Assembly: GCA_964016885.1 (NCBI GenBank)
Contig: OZ024749.1
Span: forward strand, 56,234,001-56,298,000
Length of the DNA stretch: 64,000 nucleotides
From: Eledone cirrhosa
Lineage: Eukaryota
Direction of reading: 5' to 3'
The notes below the pieces were generated by a model. It ran no database searches and was not told the DNA's origin. It saw only the letters and a list, made by a program, of their open reading frames with translations. Below, one piece after another: positions 57,274-64,000 of the stretch. Position 1 is the first letter of the stretch. Each line of letters opens with the position of its first letter. A program made the translations under genes and the position numbers.

Positions 57274-57595
57274 TAGGGTTAGGGTTAGCTTTTAGGCACT
57301 AGTTTGTTTTTGTCTGTCAGCAAGCGGTGAACCCCTCCTACAGTTCCTCTCGTCGTTTATATCCGTAAAGTGACTAAAGATTAAAACAAATGTAATATGG
57401 TTAGGGTTAGGCTTAGGCTTAGTTTTTAGGGTTAGGGTTAGGGTTAAGAGACGAGCTAAACATACGGAGAATAAAAAACTGAACAGAAAAATATTGATTT
57501 CACTTTACAGATATAAACGACGGGAGGACTATAGGCAGGATTCACCGCTTGCTGAGACGCAAACTTTCACTTTTGACAGACAAAAACAATCCAGT
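57274..57595. mobile_element. MITE-like element with imperfect TIRs of about 75 bp and internal/flanking (TTAGGG)n
   Basis: 57297-57373 is the reverse complement of 57500-57595, which has an insertion. TTAGGG-type runs at 57274-57288, 57399-57422 and 57427-57446. Confidence 0.75.
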
Positions 57596-57808
57596 ATATT
57601 TAAACTTTTCACTGAGTCGGTTTTTTCGTTGTTCTGGTCCTAGCGGCTCGCTTTTCGGTCGCTAGCTTCAATTTGCATAGCTGTTTAAATGTAATGTTAT
57701 AACTCTAAGGTAAAATTCCTTATTGAGTGCTTTTTGCTGCACTTCCCGACAACATTCGTTAGCTTGCCCGCAACCAGAGCTCCGATTATGCTGTACTACT
57801 TTCTTGTA

Positions 57809-57840
<32 letters not shown>

Positions 57841-58014
57841 AGTAAAATATATATATATATATATATAAAAGTAAAAAACAACAAAAAAATAACGAAAAGT
57901 CTTACTTTTGATTTATAATACAGCGTTCGTAGTATTCTGGTAGTGGTTCGTCGTGTTTGTGGTTTGTAATACACTGTAATATTTATGAAAGTCAAGAAGC
58001 AAGTATTTCTTATG

Positions 58015-58212
58015 GTACAGCGTCAGACACCATGTTTTGCAGCATAGAGTAACTTCCCTTTATGTTCTGGGTTCAAATCCCACCGAGGTTAACTTTGCCT
58101 TTCGTCCTTACGTTGTTGATAAAATAAAGTACCAGTAACGCACTGGAGTCGATTTAATCGACATTCTCCTTGAAACAAAATTGTTGGCCTCGTGCCTATA
58201 GTAGAAACAATT
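58015..58212 (+). mobile_element. SINE S1, long subtype
   Basis: gggttcaaatcccaccgaggttaactttgcc...gtcgatttaatcgac. Confidence 0.88.
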
Positions 58213-59099
58213 ACTATGTATTATGGCAGGAACCTTGAGTCGCTGAGAAAGATGGCCGCGTGGCAGTAGATGTTTGCGCGTGACGTGGAACGTGATGTTG
58301 TACACGAGACACTAATACGAACGTAAATTCAATTGCTAATAGCAGACATCAATTGGAATGAGATTAAACATTGTCAGAGGGATAGGTGAATATTCTAACA
58401 GCTATGTGACTTGAAACCATAGAGAATACGAGTGTTATCTTCATAAACCCCAAACTACTGATGTTGAAACTATTCATCCATGGACATGGAGTCTAATACA
58501 ATTATTTCAGTGTTTTTCTTATTAAAACGATGTATCTAAGGCAAACAAACATTTAACAAACGACCTGAATGCTTCCAATACTTTCAAGTTCAAACATTTC
58601 ACAGAAAAATGAAAATGTCAATTTTATGAATTGCTTTTCAAAAGATATTTCTTCTGCAATATTCCAAATTAAATTGGAAACATCATTGAAATCAATATCG
58701 AGGAAAAATAAAAATAAATAATAATTAATAAAAATGTATTCTTTGAAATTTTTCTAATTCAATTCATGATTTTTAAATTTACGTCTCATTCTATCCTGAA
58801 CATTATATTAGAACTAACAATTTGTGTTTTCCATATGTCACTAATTTTTATACCACTGTACATCTCTCCTCTCTATGCCTTTTAGAAATATCTCAAAGAG
58901 ACTTTTTGTATTCACTACTTATCTCTATATCTCCTGCAATGTCTAGCTCAAATCTTGGGCAATTTAAACCTGGTACAGCCCATCCTCTCTCTAGGTTTGA
59001 ACACAGCCGATTTCTTCCAGAGAAAGAGAGAGTGTGTGTGTGTGTGTGTGAGGGAGAGGAAATGAGGAAGATATATAGATTTAAAAATTGACCAATGAC

Positions 59100-59200
59100 T
59101 GGACTGGTATATCTGTATCGACCAAGAAATGATAGAAGGTAAAGTTGACCTCGGCGGGATTTGAACTTCGAGAATGCAGAAAGCTGGATCAAATACTGCA
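59100..59200 (-). mobile_element. Diverged SINE S1
   Basis: aaagttgacctcggcgggatttgaact. Confidence 0.7.
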
Positions 59201-59499
59201 AACCATTCAGCCATAGAAAACCAGCCAGAAACAGTCCTACATAAGCGAGATACGGGCACCAAACCCAACTTGCCTCTAAATAGGACAAACCCATCTAACC
59301 CATGCTAGCTTGGAAGATAGACGTTAAACGACGATGATGATGATTCTATTTAACATTCTAATGACTCTGACATATTGCTATATGTTGTGTGTGTGTGACA
59401 GCTCACACCTATGCAGTTTTAGCTGGCCTCCTCCAAGGTATATCTCGTTGGAGGAGTCTTGGGTGATTTAATGATAGGGACCCCAGTCCCTATCATCTC

Positions 59500-59638
59500 A
59501 TTTTTACAGCTGAGTAAACTGGAGCAACGTGAAATAAAGTGTCTTGTTCAAGGAAACAACACATCACCCGGTCTGAGAATTGAACTCACAACCTTTCGAT
59601 TGCAAGCCCAATCCTCTAACCACTAAGCCATGCGCCTT
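59500..59638 (-). mobile_element. CORE-type SINE S2
   Basis: The minus strand reads tggcttagtggttagag...gagttcaattctc...ccttgaacaagacactttatttcacgttgctccag. Confidence 0.85.
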
Positions 59639-59809
59639 CACATAATTATAGTTATATATTAGAACACAGTAATAGGAATTTGGGTTTTGTCAATATTTAT
59701 TTATATTGAATAATCAGTGGACTATTAGAGGGACAGAGTGGACAGCTATGGGTCAGCAATCGGTCACAGAGGTGGTGGAGAAGAAATAGAGAGTGAGCTA
59801 AGGTCAGAA

Positions 59810-59917
59810 AGATGGTACAATGTTCTGACCAGATACCTCAGCCCCACCTGGCTCAATATGACCAGAGATAGAAAAGAGTGGAGGTCAACCAGAGAGGTGT
59901 TCCTCCAACAGGAGTAG
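59810..59917 (+). pseudogene. RTE-1-like LINE C-terminal fragment
   Basis: [35 protein letters not shown] matches the RW.D.L......W...A.DR..WR...E.F.QQ pattern. Confidence 0.7.
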
Positions 59918-60038
59918 GGAGGCCCTGGATTTGGGAGATTTGGGAATCAATTTACACACACACACACACACACACGCATATATATATATATATACATACT
60001 CCACACCTAAAACACACATTCTATCTCTGTCTCAGTCG

Positions 60039-60089
<51 letters not shown>

Positions 60090-60146
60090 GTATGTGTCTA
60101 TATATATATATATATGTGTGTGTATATATATATATATGTGTGTATA

Positions 60147-60180
<34 letters not shown>

Positions 60181-60213
60181 AAAACCTACACACACATATA
60201 TATATATATATAA

Positions 60214-60248
<35 letters not shown>

Positions 60249-60431
60249 ATAGTTGTATGTTGACAGAGGGAGATAGAAGAAGATATAACAAAAAAGGTGG
60301 GTGGGGAGATAAGTGATCCAAGTGAGAAAAGAGGAAATAAGTTAAAATATCCCCAGGGGAAACTAAAAAGAACAAGCTAATTGAGAAAAGTTGAAATCTC
60401 ATTGGAGATATGTAGACGTCATTATCATCAT

Positions 60432-61887
60432 TGTAGTACAGCAGCAAATACACAGGAGACACTCAGACACCCTACTGAGGGAGTGTAGTACAGCAGCAAA
60501 TACACAGGAGACACTCAGACACCCTACTGAGGGAGTGTAGTACAGCAGCAAATACACAGGAGACACTCAGACACCCTACCGAGGGAGTGTAGTACAGCAG
60601 CAAATACACAGGAGACACTCAGACACCCTACTGAGGGAGTGTAGTACAGCAGCAAATACACAGGAGACACTCAGACACCCTACTGAGGGAGTGTAGTACA
60701 GCAGCAAATACACAGGAGACACTCAGACACCCTACTGAGGGAGTGTAGTACAGCAGCAAATACACAGGAGACACTCAGACACCCTACTGAGGGAGTGTAG
60801 TACAGCAGCAAATACACAGGAGACACTCAGACACCCTACTGAGGGAGTGTAGTACAGCAGCAAATACACAGGAGACACTCAGACACCCTACTGAGGGAGT
60901 GTAGTACAGCAGCAAATACACAGGAGACACTCAGACACCCTACTGAGGGAGTGTAGTACAGCAGCAAATACACAGGAGACACTCAGACACCCTACTGAGG
61001 GAGTGTAGTACAGCAGCAAATACACAGGAGACACTCAGACACCCTACCGAGGGAGTGTAGTACAGCAGCAAATACACAGGAGACACTCAGACACCCTACC
61101 GAGGGAGTGTAGTACAGCAGCAAATACACAGGAGACACTCAGACACCCTACCGAGGGAGTGTAGTACAGCAGCAAATACACAGGAGACACTCAGACACCC
61201 TACCGAGGGAGTGTAGTACAGCAGCAAATACACAGGAGACACTCAGCCACCCTACCGAGGGAGTGTAGTACAGCAGCAAATACACAGGAGACACTCAGAC
61301 ACCCTACCGAGGGAGTGTAGTACAGCAGCAAATACACAGGAGACACTCAGACACCCTACCGAGGGAGTGTAGTACAGCAGCAAATACACAGGAGACACTC
61401 AGACACCCTACCGAGGGAGTGTAGTACAGCAGCAAATACACAGGAGACACTCAGACACCCTACCGAGGGAGTGTAGTACAGCAGCAAATACACAGGAGAC
61501 ACTCAGACACCCTACCGAGGGAGTGTAGTACAGCAGCAAATACACAGGAGACACTCAGACACCCTACCGAGGGAGTGTAGTACAGCAGCAAATACACAGG
61601 AGACACTCAGACACCCTACCGAGGGAGTGTAGTACAGCAGCAAATATACAGGAGACACTCAGACACCCTACTGAGGGAGTGTAGTACAGCAGCAAATACA
61701 CAGGAGACACTCAGACACCCTACTGAGGGAGTGTAGTACAGCAGCAAATACACAGGAGACACTCAGACACCCTACTGAGGGAGTGTAGTACAGCAGCAAA
61801 TACACAGGAGACACTCAGACACCCTACTGAGGGAGTGTAGTACAGCAGCAAATACACAGGAGACACTCAGACACCCTACTGAGGGAG
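60432..61887. repeat. 52-bp tandem array, 28 copies
   Basis: Unit tgtagtacagcagcaaatacacaggagacactcagacaccctacYgagggag. 1456 bp equals 28 x 52. Confidence 0.99.
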
Positions 61888-62556
61888 GAACAAATATAAA
61901 TGAAGAAATAAATAATTAAATAAAAATTCTAAAGGCAACAGGCGGGTGATATCTTCTCCACAAGCATAGCAGAGGAATTCTTCATTAATTTTAAATATTT
62001 GTTTTATATTATTTTGTTGATTGTATATATATATATGTACTTATATATATATATATGTATGTATGTATATGTATATATTATATATCTATATATATATATG
62101 TATGTATTTTATTTATATATATATATTGTTATTATTATATTGTAATTAATTTCTCTGTACATTCCAGCTGTTTACTGTTGAATTATGGGGGGGGGGGGGC
62201 TGATGCTGAGGTGGGGAATGTCATCCATCCTCCAGCACTGATATACATACATATATACATATATACATACTTAGAGACAGGCAGACGGATAGATAGATAG
62301 ATGTACATCCATACACGAACATACAACACACACACACACACACACACATACATCAATACACACACACACACACACACACATACATACATCAACACACAGA
62401 CAGATAGACAGAGAGACAAGATAACTTCCTTCAAGGTATTTCAAATAACAAGAACAGATATGAGGCTATGTCATCCACCAACAAATCTACCATCTCTTTG
62501 TCTTTGTAAAATGAAATATATGAATATATATATGCATTTATATACATATATATATA

Positions 62557-62830
62557 TCATCACCGTTTTACGTCCGTTCTTCCACGCTAGCATGGGTTAG
62601 ACGGGTTGTCCTGTTGTGGGCAGTGTCCGGTCGGCTGACTATGCCTTGCTCATACGGGAACTGATTCTGGCTTGATTTCTACAGCTGGATGCCCTTCCTA
62701 ACACCAACCTCATTTACAGTGAGTGCTGGGTGCTTTTTTCTGTGGCGCCTACACGTCCACTTTACAGTGTGGGCTGGGTGCTTTTTTTGCCGTGGCACCT
62801 CCACGACCACTTTGCAGTGGGAGGGCTTCG
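62557..62830 (-). mobile_element. Family S3 element with RTE-type motif
   Basis: The minus strand has ggttggtgttaggaagggcatccagctgtagaaa and cccatgctagcgtggaagaacggacgtaaa...gatga. Confidence 0.8.
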
Positions 62831-63277
62831 GGGCATATATATATATATACACATGTACATATACCTATGCATTAATATATATATGGCTGCAAACTTGTGT
62901 TCGAGCATATATATATATATATAAACACATGCACACACATATATATATACATATACACTCACATGCATATACACAGAGACACACACATACACATATAAAC
63001 CTACACATATATATATATATACATAACGCTCAGGGCCAGAGGTGTGAAATATATCTGACATAAGACTTTCAGCTAACTTTTATAAAAGTTTTCTCTCATC
63101 TTTGTTACATGTCTTGTCTTCCCCAATCAATAAGTCTAGATTAGGGCAACAGTGTCTAAGACATTTAGGGCCCAATCATCAGTATTTTACCCTTTTGGTT
63201 ACCAAGCAACGCCTGGTTCTGTCATACAAACCTGTTTGGTTTAACCTGTTGACCGCTGCGCATATATTTTATACAGC

Positions 63278-63397
63278 TATTTTATCGACCCTGGAAAGAT
63301 GAAATTTAAAGTTGACCTTGATGGGGTTTGAACTCAGATTGTGTTGTAATGGTATTTGTCTGACAGACACTCTAACTACTTAGACAGTCCATTGCCC
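63278..63397 (-). mobile_element. Old SINE S1 copy
   Basis: ttatcgaccctggaaagatgaaa...gttgacct...gtttgaactcag. Confidence 0.7.
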
Positions 63398-63727
63398 TTA
63401 GTCATCACCATTCACCTTTACATGTCACAACCATCATCATCACTCATCATCATCATCATCGTCGTCATCATCATCACTCATCATCATCGTCCAGTTTAAA
63501 GTCTTCTTTCCATGTGACAATCATTGGATGTTTTGTTAGCCTCTTTCCAAGTATCTCTCCATAATGTCTGTTCCAGAGATCAGTGTATAAAATCTGGGTT
63601 AATTTGTGGCTCAACAGACAGACAGACAGACAGACAGACAAATGATAAAACTCAGAATAATTGTTGAAATAATTGTTTTTATTATATTTTTTTTTTTTGT
63701 TAATATTTTTATTTTATTTTTATATGA

Positions 63728-63898
63728 ATTGGCAGTATCGGTAGATGGTCAGATGCCATGCTTTCCAGCATAGAGTTACGCCCCTTGAACGTTCTGAGTT
63801 CAAATCCGCCAAGGTTAACTTGGCCTTTCATCATTACAGGGTCGATAAAATAAAGTACCACTGGGATAATTTCTGGCCTTGTGCCAAAAGTAGAAACA
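63728..63898 (+). mobile_element. SINE S1, short subtype
   Basis: attggcagtatcggtaga...gagttcaaatcc...ggccttgtgccaaaagtagaaac. Confidence 0.92.
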
Positions 63899-64000
63899 AG
63901 AAGAAACAATTATTATATCATTTTTTTTTAATAATTTATTTATAATTGGTTTTCAGTTATGAAAGAAATTAACAGGTAACATTTTATGATAAAATATAAG

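Noticed and set aside
60432-61887. CRISPR array or tandem ribozyme (retrozyme) array
   Set aside because: The units are contiguous with no unique spacers, there are no cas genes, the context is eukaryotic, and neither strand has a CTGANGA/GAAA core.

Overview
This is AT-rich, microsatellite-saturated eukaryotic non-coding DNA, intronic or intergenic. The repeat content suggests an octopus or other coleoid cephalopod genome, which is an inference only. No host protein-coding gene can be supported, and almost all ORFs in the track are translations of (TA)n, (TG)n or (CCA)n repeats. The window holds more than 20 copies of one tRNA-derived SINE family, a few CORE-type and RTE-tail SINEs, 3' fragments of RTE and CRE non-LTR retrotransposons, MITE-like elements, a 28x52-bp tandem array and many mini- and microsatellites. 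The most interesting signal is a set of short foldback-plus-tail elements sitting in (TA)n tracts. Several carry hammerhead-ribozyme cores or 3' halves (CTGATGA-helix II-GAAA-helix III-NUH) with apparent compensatory changes between copies, and the families share a tail motif. They are most likely Penelope-like element (PLE) pseudo-LTR remnants. One family (32075-32174 and 43451-43549) has a hammerhead 3' half fused to a conserved multi-helix domain in place of the canonical CUGAN. All coordinates were read by eye, and repeat boundaries are approximate.
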